Position numbers and translations under genes: made by a program
Shown here: positions 16,589 through 26,527 of the stretch, in pieces
How positions within the stretch are numbered: position 1 is the first letter of the stretch
Layout: each line of letters starts with the position of its first letter
Notes under the pieces: model-generated
Told to the model about the DNA's origin: nothing
The model's input: the letters and a program-made list of their open reading frames with translations, nothing else
Databases searched by the model: none
NCBI GenBank assembly: GCA_037925075.1
Contig: JAXSNR010000002.1
Span: 224,001 to 288,000, forward strand
DNA: 64,000 nucleotides
Direction of reading: 5' to 3'
DNA from: Aquificaceae bacterium
Lineage (GTDB): Bacteria; Aquificota; Aquificia; Aquificales; Aquificaceae

Positions 16589-18436
16589 ATGAAAAAAGGA
16601 ATAATTTTTAGGTTGTTTATTATACTGGGGGTGGCTTTTCTAACAATGCTTGTGGTAACTATATATGCTTTCAGGTCTCAGGCTCTTGAAAAATCCAAGG
16701 AGCAAGCCTACACGATCTCAGAGCTTGTAAGAGATACCCTTACCTCTTACATGGTTATGGGCGTGATGGACAGGAGGGATGAGTTTTTGAATAGGATAAA
16801 GGAGATAAAGGGTGTGGAGGAAGTTAGGGTAATAAGGGGCAAAAGCGTGATAGAGCAGTTTGGCAAGGGTTTTGGCTTTGAAGCCCCAAAGGATGAGATA
16901 GAAAGGGCTGTTCTTGAAAGCGGTAAGGCTATGGATTTTCTTGATGAATCTTTTTCAGAGGTAAAATACAAAATAGTTATACCTTACAAGGCTATACCAG
17001 TAAAGGGTATAAACTGCCTTCAATGCCACAAGGCTCAGCATGGAGAAACCTTAGGTGCCATAAGCCTGACTATGGACCTTACCCATGTAAGAAAGGATTC
17101 TACAAGAATACTTTTATGGTTAACGATCGTTTTCCTCCTTTCTCTTTTAGGTGTTGGCTTTTTTGCTAGTCGTTTTATTACAAAAATTTCTGACTTTATT
17201 GGGGAGCTTAGACACTCTTTGAAGTCTGCCAGAGAGGGCACCTTTGTCTATGAGATAAAAACAGACATAGGCTACGAGGCAACCCTCCTAAAAGACACCC
17301 TTCGACAGTCCTTCTTGAACTTGTCTAACACACTCAACTCCATAGAGGAAAAGGTAATAGCAATGATTGGCTATGGAGTTCTAAAAACGGGTAATGCACT
17401 TTCGGACACTTCCAAGATCGTGGATGAGCTCCTTAATATATACAAATTCAAAAGGGTTATAGAAAAGGACAAAAATAAGATAGATGTTTATGAAAGGATA
17501 AGGCAGGTTATTGAGGACTATATGAGTATTGAAAAATATTCTATCTATGAGGTGTCTCAGGATAAGAACAAAATGAGTGTAGTTTATGTAAAAGGTAAAG
17601 ATTTGTGGTGCAATGAGGTCATTATGGAAAATGCTGAGGAGTGCAGGGCAAAGAGAACGGGTATGGATGTGGATTCAAGGGAGTTTTCATGTATATGTCC
17701 AAGCTTTGGAGACAATCAAATTTGCAAAGAAGGAAGGCTTCACTATTACTGTATGCCTTTATATGTAGGAGGTGCGGTAGGTAATGTGGTGCAGATATTA
17801 TACGAGCCAGAAATTGAACCCTTTGTAAACCTCATAATTCCCTACATAAAAGGTTATCTCAATGAGGCTACTCCTGTGCTTGAGGCAAGAACCTACATGG
17901 ATATGCTCAGAGAACAGTCCCTAAAGGACCAACTCACAGGGCTTTACAACAGGAGATTCCTTGTAGAGGTCATTGATAAAATGACGGCTCAGACAAAAAG
18001 GCGGGGTACAACCCTTGGCATACTGATGGTAGACGTGGACTACTTTAAGCAGGTTAACGATACCTATGGACATGATGTAGGGGACAGGGTCCTAAAAGAA
18101 GTGGGAAATATCTTGGTAAAATCTGTAAGAGAGTCGGACTTGGTCATAAGATACGGTGGCGAGGAGTTTATGGTGCTTTTAGTGGATGTACAACCTGGCA
18201 TGTCCGAAGAAATTGCGGAGAAGATAAGGCAGGTTATAGAAAAACACAGCATAGAAGCACCGGGTGCAGTTCTGAAAAAGACTGTAAGCATAGGAGTTTC
18301 TGAGTTCCCTCAGGATTCTGATAAGATATGGCAGTGCATAAAGTTTGCGGATGTGGCCCTTTACAAGGCAAAGGAGATGGGCAGGAATAGGGTTGTAAGG
18401 TTCAAGCCTGAGTTTTGGCAGAAAGAAAGCTATTAG
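16589..18436 (+). CDS. Membrane diguanylate cyclase with periplasmic c-type heme (CXXCH) sensor and Cys-rich GAF-like domain
   Basis: Two TM segments flanking NCLQCH; DQLTGLYNRR; RESD I-site; RYGGEEF. Confidence 0.9.
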   Translation: MKKGIIFRLFIILGVAFLTMLVVTIYAFRSQALEKSKEQAYTISELVRDTLTSYMVMGVMDRRDEFLNRIKEIKGVEEVRVIRGKSVIEQFGKGFGFEAPKDEIERAVLESGKAMDFLDESFSEVKYKIVIPYKAIPVKGINCLQCHKAQHGETLGAISLTMDLTHVRKDSTRILLWLTIVFLLSLLGVGFFASRFITKISDFIGELRHSLKSAREGTFVYEIKTDIGYEATLLKDTLRQSFLNLSNTLNSIEEKVIAMIGYGVLKTGNALSDTSKIVDELLNIYKFKRVIEKDKNKIDVYERIRQVIEDYMSIEKYSIYEVSQDKNKMSVVYVKGKDLWCNEVIMENAEECRAKRTGMDVDSREFSCICPSFGDNQICKEGRLHYYCMPLYVGGAVGNVVQILYEPEIEPFVNLIIPYIKGYLNEATPVLEARTYMDMLREQSLKDQLTGLYNRRFLVEVIDKMTAQTKRRGTTLGILMVDVDYFKQVNDTYGHDVGDRVLKEVGNILVKSVRESDLVIRYGGEEFMVLLVDVQPGMSEEIAEKIRQVIEKHSIEAPGAVLKKTVSIGVSEFPQDSDKIWQCIKFADVALYKAKEMGRNRVVRFKPEFWQKESY

Positions 18437-18454
18437 AATTAGAATATTCTTTTT

Positions 18455-20713
18455 ATGAGGGACAAGGACCTTATAAAGCTTGAATTCTTTCATGTTCTTG
18501 ATAGGATAAAGGCGTACGCACATTCAAAGGCAACGGAAAAGCTTATCAACCAGATAAAACCCATAACAGACCGCAAAGCCCTTGAGGATACCATTGGGCT
18601 CGTGGAGGACTACCTGAAGATCGCAGACAGAGTCTTGCTTTATGAGTTTGAGGATGTGGAGGAGCTTATAAGGAAAACCACCATAAGGGATTATGCCATT
18701 GGTGTAGAGGAAGCCCTTTCTCTTTTAAAGGTCATAAGACTGATCAGAGAAGTAAGACGTTCTCTTGGGGAGCTTGTGCAGGCACACAAAAACCTTATAA
18801 CCCTTGCAAAAGGTCTTCATCTTTTTAGCAACCTTGAAAACCTTATAGAGTCTGTTATAGATCCCAGAGGCTTTGTAAAGGATTCCGCCAGTGAAAGCCT
18901 CAGAGAAATAAGGCAAAGGATAAGGGATACGGAAAAGGAGGTGCTGAGAAGGTTAGAGACGGTCTTTTCAAGACCTGATGCGGACAGGGTCTTTTCGGAC
19001 AAGTTTGTAGCCTACAAAAACGGAAGGTATGTCCTGCCAGTAAAAACCACAGAGGTAAAAAAGATCATAGGTGTGGTTCATGGCACCTCTTCCTCTGGCT
19101 TTACCACCTACGTGGAGCCTCAAAGTGTGATAGAGCTAAACAACAGGCTCACAACTCTAAAAGAAGAAGAGGAAGAAGAAGTTAGGAGAATACTAAGAAA
19201 GCTCTCCTCCATCATAGGAGAACAGTCTCAGAGGCTTATGGAGGCTTTTAAGACCCTTGTAAAAGTTGATTATCTAAACTGTATATCTAAGTTCTCCGCA
19301 GTTTATGAAGGTAAGTTTCCAAATATAGGCGGGCATGTGGAGCTTATTCAGGTAAAGCATCCCCTTTTGGTTTTTATAAAGGAGGATGTGGTCCCCATAG
19401 ACTTGGTTATAAAGGGTAAAAAAGGCTTGGTGCTTACAGGACCAAACACCGGGGGCAAAACTGTAGCTTTAAAAACGCTTGGTTTATGCTGCCTTCTCTT
19501 TCAATCGGGCATACCCATACCCATACAGGAAGGCACCTTACCCATCTTTGAGAAGATTTTTGTGGATATGGGAGATGAGCAAAGCATAGAACAAAGTCTT
19601 TCTACCTTTTCCTCCCATATGACCAACCTTGCTGAGTTTCTTCCCTTTGTGGACCAAAATACCTTGGTGCTTCTTGATGAGCTTGGGGCTGGAACAGACC
19701 CTGTGGAAGGTTCAGCCCTCGGTATAGCATTGCTTGAATACTTTAAGGAGAAGGGAGCCTTTGCAATGGTTAATACCCACCATACTCCCATAAAGGTCTA
19801 TTCCATTAATTCCGACTACTACACGCCCGCAAGCACCCTTTTTGATAGAGAAAGCCTTAGACCACTTTATAAGATAGTCTATGATGCGGTGGGAGAAAGT
19901 ATGGCTCTTTTTGTCGCCCAGAGGTGCGGAATACCAGAGGAGCTTATAGAAAAGGCAAAGAAATTCCTACCTGCGGGTTTTGAAGAGTACTTTACAGCAA
20001 GGGAAATGCTCGAAGGCTATATAAGAGAGTACCAAGAAAGGCTTGATGAATTAAACAGGGAAAAAACAAACCTTGAAAACCTTCTCTTGGAGCAAGAAAG
20101 GGCTCTCAGAGAGCTAGAAAGCAGGAAAAGACAAGAAGTGAAAAAGGCGGTGGAGGAAGTAAAAGACCGATTTGAAGAGTTCCTCCTTGAGGCGGAAAGG
20201 TACATGAGAAGCCTCAAAGACCGACAAAGGCTTAGGGAGTTATTCAAAGAAAAGGTAGAGGAAGTTTACAAGGAAAGGGAGGAGGCGGTCAATGTGGGAG
20301 ATTGGGTAGAAATCTTTGGTTCAAAGGGAAAGGTGCTTGAGGTAAAGGATGATAGGGCGTGTGTATTGTCTGGGGGCGTTAAGGCATGGGTGAGGCTTTC
20401 AGAGCTTAAAAAGACAGAACAACCCCCAGAGGAACACATGACAGAAAGGGTCTTTGAAATAAAAAGAAGCTCACCTTCGGAGATAAATCTGACGGGCTTT
20501 AGCGTCCAAGAAGCCCTTACAAAGTTGGAGCTTTTCCTTAAAGAGGCTCACAGCATGGGTCTAAAAGCGGTTAAGGTGATACATGGATACGGTACCTTAA
20601 AGAAAGCAGTTCAAGAATTCTTATCCTCTTCCTCTCTCGTGGTTTTCCACAGAGAAGGGTATCCAAAGGAGGGAGGTGCAGGAACCTCCCTCGTATATCT
20701 GAGTAAAGATTAA
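18455..20713 (+). CDS. mutS2: MutS2 (Smr-domain) protein
   Basis: LTGPNTGGKT, SIEQSLSTFSSHM, LDELGAGTDP; C-terminal Smr (VIHGYG, GGAG). Confidence 0.95.
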   Translation: MRDKDLIKLEFFHVLDRIKAYAHSKATEKLINQIKPITDRKALEDTIGLVEDYLKIADRVLLYEFEDVEELIRKTTIRDYAIGVEEALSLLKVIRLIREVRRSLGELVQAHKNLITLAKGLHLFSNLENLIESVIDPRGFVKDSASESLREIRQRIRDTEKEVLRRLETVFSRPDADRVFSDKFVAYKNGRYVLPVKTTEVKKIIGVVHGTSSSGFTTYVEPQSVIELNNRLTTLKEEEEEEVRRILRKLSSIIGEQSQRLMEAFKTLVKVDYLNCISKFSAVYEGKFPNIGGHVELIQVKHPLLVFIKEDVVPIDLVIKGKKGLVLTGPNTGGKTVALKTLGLCCLLFQSGIPIPIQEGTLPIFEKIFVDMGDEQSIEQSLSTFSSHMTNLAEFLPFVDQNTLVLLDELGAGTDPVEGSALGIALLEYFKEKGAFAMVNTHHTPIKVYSINSDYYTPASTLFDRESLRPLYKIVYDAVGESMALFVAQRCGIPEELIEKAKKFLPAGFEEYFTAREMLEGYIREYQERLDELNREKTNLENLLLEQERALRELESRKRQEVKKAVEEVKDRFEEFLLEAERYMRSLKDRQRLRELFKEKVEEVYKEREEAVNVGDWVEIFGSKGKVLEVKDDRACVLSGGVKAWVRLSELKKTEQPPEEHMTERVFEIKRSSPSEINLTGFSVQEALTKLELFLKEAHSMGLKAVKVIHGYGTLKKAVQEFLSSSSLVVFHREGYPKEGGAGTSLVYLSKD

Positions 20714-22002
20714 CAGGGTGAGCCTGGTGAGCCAGAGCAGTCAGAACATAGCCTCATGGGATGTACCTTTAGAAGAAATTCAAGGCCCTTCTCTTCAAAC
20801 CAAGGTGCCACATCTCCGTGTTTGACCTTCCACAAAAAGTATCTTTCAAAGGCGGACTTTATGTAGTGCATTATTACACCCTTCTTGTAAAGAACCGTTG
20901 ACCTTGGGGGAAGCACGGGGGATGCAAAAAAGCCCATGGCGTCTCCACCCAAATCCGCAATACATATGGCGGAAAGCTCTGGTGCATACCTGTCTGGGTT
21001 GTTTCTTATGTCGTTTATTATGTTGTGGGCAACAGCCATAGCCATCTGCTCTATCATCATACCTGTTTTTGGTGCACCTGTGGGTATAGGTGTTTGCTCC
21101 ACTGGGGGTATGGCGGTCACCACTCCAACTCCAAATATGTTTTTGTATGTGGGGTTTTGGAAGCATCTATTTACTATAACCATCTTGTTAGCTGGGTTTG
21201 CCACCTTTTCGCCTGCGGAGGCTACCACCTCTGGACCCATAAACCTTGGCATTAGCATTGAGAGTTTTGCGGGTGCTTCGTAAGTTTTCCCATCAAGGTC
21301 CTCATAGATCACCTTATCCTGTTCCACTTTTGTTATTTTTACGTTTGCAACCCACTTCACGCTTCTTTCCGCCATAAGGTCTTCCATTAGCCTTCTTGAA
21401 GGTCCAACGCCACCAAGCCCCATATGGCCCACATAGGGTTCTGAGGTTATGTAGGTTATGGGCACCTTGTGCCTTATACCTCTCTTTTTAAGCTCATGAT
21501 GAAGCATAAAGGCAAACTCATAGGCTGGTCCAAAACAGCTAACGCCGGGTATAGCTCCCACAACTACTGGACCGGGATTTCTGTAAAACTCCTCAAGCTT
21601 TTTATTCAGTTCCATGGCGTGCTCTGCGGTACAAACAGAAGTAGAATACTGCTCTTGACCTTCTGCACCAAAAACCAGTTTTGGACCTGTGGCTATAACA
21701 AGGTAGTCGTATTCTACGGTCTTACCACCCTTGGTCTTTACCTTGTTGGCTTCTGGGTCGATGCTCTCCGCATCTTCGTTGATAAAGTCTATGCCGTGTT
21801 TTGGAAGCAATCCCGCCAGTGGAATGCTTATGTCTTCAAACCTTCTCCAACCTAAAGCGAGGTGGGGATAAGAGGGCGTAAAGCCAAAATAGGGTCTTCC
21901 AGACACCACGGTGATTTTGAGGCTTTTGTCTAACTTCCTAAGATTGTAGGCGGTGGCTATTCCTCCTACTCCACCACCAATCACTACCACATGCTTGCTC
22001 AT
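20710..22002 (-). CDS. sqr: Sulfide:quinone oxidoreductase
   Basis: GGGVGG FAD motif, SVCTAEHA, SCFGPAYEF, PKTGMMIE, AICIADLG. Confidence 0.93.
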   Translation of the reverse strand: MSKHVVVIGGGVGGIATAYNLRKLDKSLKITVVSGRPYFGFTPSYPHLALGWRRFEDISIPLAGLLPKHGIDFINEDAESIDPEANKVKTKGGKTVEYDYLVIATGPKLVFGAEGQEQYSTSVCTAEHAMELNKKLEEFYRNPGPVVVGAIPGVSCFGPAYEFAFMLHHELKKRGIRHKVPITYITSEPYVGHMGLGGVGPSRRLMEDLMAERSVKWVANVKITKVEQDKVIYEDLDGKTYEAPAKLSMLMPRFMGPEVVASAGEKVANPANKMVIVNRCFQNPTYKNIFGVGVVTAIPPVEQTPIPTGAPKTGMMIEQMAMAVAHNIINDIRNNPDRYAPELSAICIADLGGDAMGFFASPVLPPRSTVLYKKGVIMHYIKSAFERYFLWKVKHGDVAPWFEEKGLEFLLKVHPMRLCSDCSGSPGSPC

Positions 22003-22039
22003 AATACTACCTCCTGAGTTTTATAAGGTACAGCTTATA

Positions 22040-22069
22040 ATTATATAAGCAAAATGTAAAGCATGTCAA
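22040..22069 (-). promoter_or_regulatory. Sigma-70 promoter of sqr overlapped by a 7-4-7 palindrome (22033-22050)
   Basis: On -: TTGACA-N18-TATAAT; GCTTATA-ATTA-TATAAGC covers the -10. Confidence 0.7.
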
Positions 22070-22111
22070 ATAAAATTACAAAAAAATCCTTTTTTCCTTT
22101 ATAAGTCTTTT

Positions 22112-22120
22112 TGATATAAT
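22112..22120 (+). promoter_or_regulatory. Extended -10 promoter for petABC
   Basis: TGATATAAT upstream of petA. Confidence 0.6.
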
Positions 22121-22154
22121 TAAAAGGTTATGAACTATGTCAGGAGGTAAAGAC

Positions 22155-22673
22155 ATGGAGACTTCAAGAAGGGACCTTATGGGTCTCGCCATAGGTGGCT
22201 TAGGAGCAGTGGGAGTCATAGGAGTCCTATATCCCATCGTTAAAACCCTTGCACCAAGTGCTGCCTCTCTTGCTGGTGCAATGGTGGAGGTGGATGTATC
22301 CTCAATTCCTGAAGGGCAGGTAAGGGTGGTATCCTGGAAGGGTAAGCCTGTCTTTGTGGTTAAGCTTCCGCAGGGTTTTCAGTGGGCAGGCAAAGCCAAA
22401 GAGGATAGGAACAACAAAATCCTACAGGGTCAAGATGCGTATGCCCTTGTGGCAGTTTGTACTCACCTTGGATGTGTTCCTCTTTGGAAACCTCAGGGAG
22501 AGGCGGAGTTCAACTATCCTGTGTTTCACTGCCCCTGTCATGGAGGCTTTTATTCTCCATGGGGTGACAATATAGCCGGACCACCACCAAGACCCCTCTA
22601 TGTTCCCCCACAGAAAAGAGAAGGCAACAAGCTGGTTATAGGTGAGCCGGGGCTTGTTAAAGAACTTACATAA
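22155..22673 (+). CDS. petA: Rieske iron-sulfur subunit of the bc1 complex
   Basis: Tat-like SRRD, CTHLGC, CPCHGG; start after SD GGAGGT. Confidence 0.95.
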   Translation: METSRRDLMGLAIGGLGAVGVIGVLYPIVKTLAPSAASLAGAMVEVDVSSIPEGQVRVVSWKGKPVFVVKLPQGFQWAGKAKEDRNNKILQGQDAYALVAVCTHLGCVPLWKPQGEAEFNYPVFHCPCHGGFYSPWGDNIAGPPPRPLYVPPQKREGNKLVIGEPGLVKELT

Positions 22674-22679
22674 GGAGGT

Positions 22680-23897
22680 ATGAAAATGCTCGGAAGGATT
22701 GGCAAATGGATTGATGAAAGGGCACACCTTTCTGAGCTTTGGCAGTCTCAGATGGTGGATTACAAGGTGCCAAAGAACCTTACATTTCCATACGCCTTTG
22801 GTGTAATGGCCATTGTCGCCTTTGCCATTCAGATAATCTCTGGCATATTCCTCACCATGTACTATCAGCCAAACGTTCATACCGCCTTTGACAGTGCCAA
22901 CTACACCATAATGAAGGAAGTACCCTTCATGTGGCTCATAAGACATGTGCATGCCGCGGGTGCGAACTTCTTCCTTGCCATAGTTTACCTTCACATATTC
23001 ACCGGCATATACTACAACGCCTACAAAAAGCCGAGGGAACTTACGTGGATTGTGGGATGGGTTATATACTTTGTTCTTCTTGTGACCGCCCTTACAGGGT
23101 ACCTTCTACCTTGGGGACAGCTCTCTTACTGGGGTATGGTGGTTACCGCGGAGATACCCACTTCCATAGATTCAGCTCCCATAATAGGTAGCCTTAAGAT
23201 AGGTGAGACCATCTCCATATGGATGAAGGGTGGCTATGAGATCGGACAGATAACCCTCGGAAGGTTCTTTGGTCTTCACATATGGCTTTTGCCCCTTATA
23301 CTTTTGCTCCTTGTAAGTGTGCACCTTTATCTTGTTCGTGCTGCTGGCATATCCAACCCAGAGGGAAGAGAGATAGACAAGAAGAAGGAAGGTGTCCCCT
23401 TCCATCCTTACATGACCCTTAAAGAAGGTGCCTATATGATGGGCTACCTTGCGGTGTTCTTCTTCTTTGTCTTCTTCTACATGCACCACTTTTTGCCTCC
23501 AGATAATTACGATCCTGCGGATCCCTTCAAAACACCAGCTCACATAGCCCCCGAGTGGTACCTGCTGGCATATTACACCATATTTAGGTCCATACCAGAC
23601 AAGTTCCTTGGTTTTGTGGCTTTTAACCTTACCCTTGTTTTTCTCCTTATACTGCCCTTCCTTGACTTTTCACCATTGAAAAGTGCTAGAAACAGACCCC
23701 TTTTCTTTATTATGTTCTTAGTGTTTGTGGTTTCTTCCATGGCTCTTACCATACTTGGCACCATGCCCCCCACACCCACCAACGCCATGTTGGGTTTGAT
23801 TTTTACCGCTGGGCTATTCGCCTTTTTCCTATCCTTACCCATCATATCCATAGTAGAGTGGGGCTGGTATAAAGCAAGAGGAGGTGAAAAGCAATGA
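22680..23897 (+). CDS. petB: Cytochrome b
   Basis: RHVHAAGA, GYLLPWGQLSYW, PEWY. Confidence 0.97.
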   Translation: MKMLGRIGKWIDERAHLSELWQSQMVDYKVPKNLTFPYAFGVMAIVAFAIQIISGIFLTMYYQPNVHTAFDSANYTIMKEVPFMWLIRHVHAAGANFFLAIVYLHIFTGIYYNAYKKPRELTWIVGWVIYFVLLVTALTGYLLPWGQLSYWGMVVTAEIPTSIDSAPIIGSLKIGETISIWMKGGYEIGQITLGRFFGLHIWLLPLILLLLVSVHLYLVRAAGISNPEGREIDKKKEGVPFHPYMTLKEGAYMMGYLAVFFFFVFFYMHHFLPPDNYDPADPFKTPAHIAPEWYLLAYYTIFRSIPDKFLGFVAFNLTLVFLLILPFLDFSPLKSARNRPLFFIMFLVFVVSSMALTILGTMPPTPTNAMLGLIFTAGLFAFFLSLPIISIVEWGWYKARGGEKQ

Positions 23898-24526
23898 TAA
23901 AGGCTGTGGTCTTTACGGTTATTACGGTGCTCTTTTTCTACATAATATGGATAAACAACATTTTTGCACCCCATGAACGTTATGAAATGCCCGCTCAGCA
24001 CGCAAAAATAGCGGAGGATGTCAAAAGCTACGCAAAAGAAGGAAAACAGCTTTTTGAGCAAAACTGTCAGGCATGCCACTCTGTGAGGTACGACGCAGTA
24101 TACATAAGCTCCGTACAAGCAAATCCTAAGCTTCAGACCCTTCAGGAAAAATACGGAAAGGTCCTTCCAAGAGATGTTTATGAGTCGGTATTTTACGAAG
24201 ACCTTATGGCATTAAAGGAATCCTTCGGGAAAATCCCTCCAGACCTTTCCACCATGTATTTGGTTAAGGGCAAAGAGTACCTCTATAACTTTATCCTTGA
24301 GCCTCAGAAGGTGCTACCCGGCACTTCCATGCCGGCGGTTATGACTGGAAGACCAGAGGAAACCGCAAAGGTAGTAGCCTATCTTAAGTCTGTTTCTGAG
24401 CCCTCACCAGAGGAGAAAAACAAAAGGGTTCTCATGGGTGTGGGAACCATTGCCTACCTTATTGTGATGGGTATTCTCCTGTGGGTTTGGAGGGGTAGAA
24501 TACTCAAGAGGATGGGCTTGCACTGA
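23894..24526 (+). CDS. petC: Cytochrome c1
   Basis: CQACH, PPDLS, PGTSMP, C-terminal TM. Confidence 0.92.
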   Translation: MIKAVVFTVITVLFFYIIWINNIFAPHERYEMPAQHAKIAEDVKSYAKEGKQLFEQNCQACHSVRYDAVYISSVQANPKLQTLQEKYGKVLPRDVYESVFYEDLMALKESFGKIPPDLSTMYLVKGKEYLYNFILEPQKVLPGTSMPAVMTGRPEETAKVVAYLKSVSEPSPEEKNKRVLMGVGTIAYLIVMGILLWVWRGRILKRMGLH

Positions 24527-25154
24527 TACATAAATCTTTAACGGGGCACTCCCCACACAGGGGGGTGCTCTTGCAATACCTTTTTCCGTGCTCATCTATC
24601 AGGGCATGGAATTCCTTATACACCTCAAGGTCTGAAGGTAGGTTTTCTTCAAAAAAGCTCTTTAGTTTCTCATAGCCTCCGTCAATTCCCATAAACCTCT
24701 TGGTAAACCTCTGAGTGTACTTGTCTATGACGAAGTTTAATCTATTACCCGCATAGAGGAGTATGGCATCTGCGGTCTCTGGTCCCACGCCCTTGACCTT
24801 CAGTAGTTCTTTTCTAGGTACTAACTTTACCATGTCTGTAGGATTTATAAATTCTGCAACCGCTTTTAGTCTGACAGCCTTCTGATTGTAGAAACCAGAA
24901 GGGAGGATAAGTTCTTTAAGTCTTTCCATACTGACCCTTCTGATAAACTCAAGGGAAAGCTCACCTTCCCTTTTAAGGTTCTCCAGAGACTTTTCTACGT
25001 TCTTCCAGCTTGTGTTCTGCGTAAGCACCGCTCCTATTATGATCTCATCCCTTGGGTCTGTACCCTTAAGTTTATGATATTGGTGGTCCACTGGCCACCA
25101 ACCTTGGGGACTATAAATCTCATATAAAAGCTCGTATAGCTTGAGCAACCTCAT
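24504..25154 (-). CDS. HhH-GPD endonuclease III-family DNA glycosylase
   Basis: GAVLTQNTSWKNV, VKGVGPETAD, C-terminal C-x6-C-x2-C-x5-C. Confidence 0.88.
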   Translation of the reverse strand: MRLLKLYELLYEIYSPQGWWPVDHQYHKLKGTDPRDEIIIGAVLTQNTSWKNVEKSLENLKREGELSLEFIRRVSMERLKELILPSGFYNQKAVRLKAVAEFINPTDMVKLVPRKELLKVKGVGPETADAILLYAGNRLNFVIDKYTQRFTKRFMGIDGGYEKLKSFFEENLPSDLEVYKEFHALIDEHGKRYCKSTPLCGECPVKDLCISASPSS

Positions 25155-25707
25155 TGTATACACCTTCTCCCTTTGAGTATCTTATGCCAAGTTCCTTTGC
25201 CCTTTCCCTATCAATAAGGCCCTCTTTCACCAGTAGCTGAAGAAACTGGCTAAGATTGTGAAGTTTCTTTGCCTTTGCACTACCCCTTTCAAAATCAAGC
25301 AAATAGACCTCTCCATCTTCTCCCAGAAGGGTGTTCTTGTCCAGTCGCTGTAGCTCCTCCTTGTTTATACCAAGAGAGTCCAAAACTTGGATAAGCTCCA
25401 GCACTTTCAGATAGACCTTTGCCTTTTCCTTGAGAGATAGGTTCTTCTTGTTTATGGGAACCCCCTCTATAAAAAGGTAGACTATAAAATCCTCTCCACA
25501 GTGAAGGAGCTGTGGAAATCCCTTATGTCCCAAAAGCCTTTTGAGTATATGGCATTCCTTTTTTATGGCGTGCACTTTCTCTTGTTCCTTGGCAACCTTT
25601 ATGGCCACTTTCTTACCCTTCCACAAGCCCCTGTAGATGTATCCTCTCCAACCTTTGCTGAAAAGCTCAAGGTCCTCCACTTCTTCCTTGAATTTATCAA
25701 ACCTCAC
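25120..25707 (-). CDS. Protein kinase-like protein
   Basis: KGWRGYIY, VAIKV, LLDFE. Confidence 0.7.
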   Translation of the reverse strand: MRFDKFKEEVEDLELFSKGWRGYIYRGLWKGKKVAIKVAKEQEKVHAIKKECHILKRLLGHKGFPQLLHCGEDFIVYLFIEGVPINKKNLSLKEKAKVYLKVLELIQVLDSLGINKEELQRLDKNTLLGEDGEVYLLDFERGSAKAKKLHNLSQFLQLLVKEGLIDRERAKELGIRYSKGEGVYNEVAQAIRAFI

Positions 25708-25909
25708 CGACCACTCTATAACCCCACTCTTCTACCGCAGACTTGAGGGTGTGGAAGGGTATCTCCTCTTCCATGTGTACTTCCACCTTCCCCTCTTCAA
25801 GGCTTACCTCTACATGAGACACCCCCTCAAGGGAGTAGAGCGCCCTTTTTATCCTTTCTACACAATGCTGGCAGGTCATACCTTCAACCTTTAAGGTTTT
25901 TCTCACCAT
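25697..25909 (-). CDS. copZ: Heavy-metal (copper) chaperone
   Basis: GMTCQHC HMA motif; 70 aa. Confidence 0.85.
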   Translation of the reverse strand: MVRKTLKVEGMTCQHCVERIKRALYSLEGVSHVEVSLEEGKVEVHMEEEIPFHTLKSAVEEWGYRVVGEV

Positions 25910-25915
25910 AGATTT

Positions 25916-26527
25916 TTAATATAAGGCATTTTCGTCGGCAGATATCAGATGCAAGACTTTTGCTATTTGTTCCGCATCCTCCCTTGTGTTCATGTTTATG
26001 AAGGACAAAAGCGAAGGGTCGTACTCTAAAATATCCCTTTCGGTAATTTCCTTGTAGGGAAACTTCCTTAAAAAGTCCAGCACCCTTTCACCACCAGATT
26101 CAAGGTAAGACCTAAGCTCTGGAAGGACTTGTCTGTAATAAACCGCAAAAAGTGGGTAAAGTTTGCCACGTACATTAAAGAGGGTTATAGGTGGCTCCGC
26201 ACTGTTTAGCAAAAACTCTACTACCTCCTTTTTTATAAGAGGCATATCTCCGGCTACTATGAGAGCCTTCTCTCCTTTAAGATGTTCCAGTGCTGTGTAT
26301 ATACCAGCAAGGGCGAGTTGCTTTTCAATTGTGTCCTTAATGACCTCCACATCCCTTAGAAAGGAAAACTTTTCTTTATCCTTTACCACAAGACATAGCC
26401 TTCCACATATACCCCGTAAGGCATCGAGGGTGTATTCTATGACCCTTTTTTCACCTATGGTGTAGAGAAGTTTATCCTCACCAAAGCGCCTACTTAGACC
26501 GCCCGCAAGCACAAAACATTCTGACAT
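25916..26527 (-). CDS. mobA: Molybdenum cofactor guanylyltransferase
   Basis: LAGGLSRRFGEDK, AGDMP, FINMNT. Confidence 0.9.
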   Translation of the reverse strand: MSECFVLAGGLSRRFGEDKLLYTIGEKRVIEYTLDALRGICGRLCLVVKDKEKFSFLRDVEVIKDTIEKQLALAGIYTALEHLKGEKALIVAGDMPLIKKEVVEFLLNSAEPPITLFNVRGKLYPLFAVYYRQVLPELRSYLESGGERVLDFLRKFPYKEITERDILEYDPSLLSFINMNTREDAEQIAKVLHLISADENALY

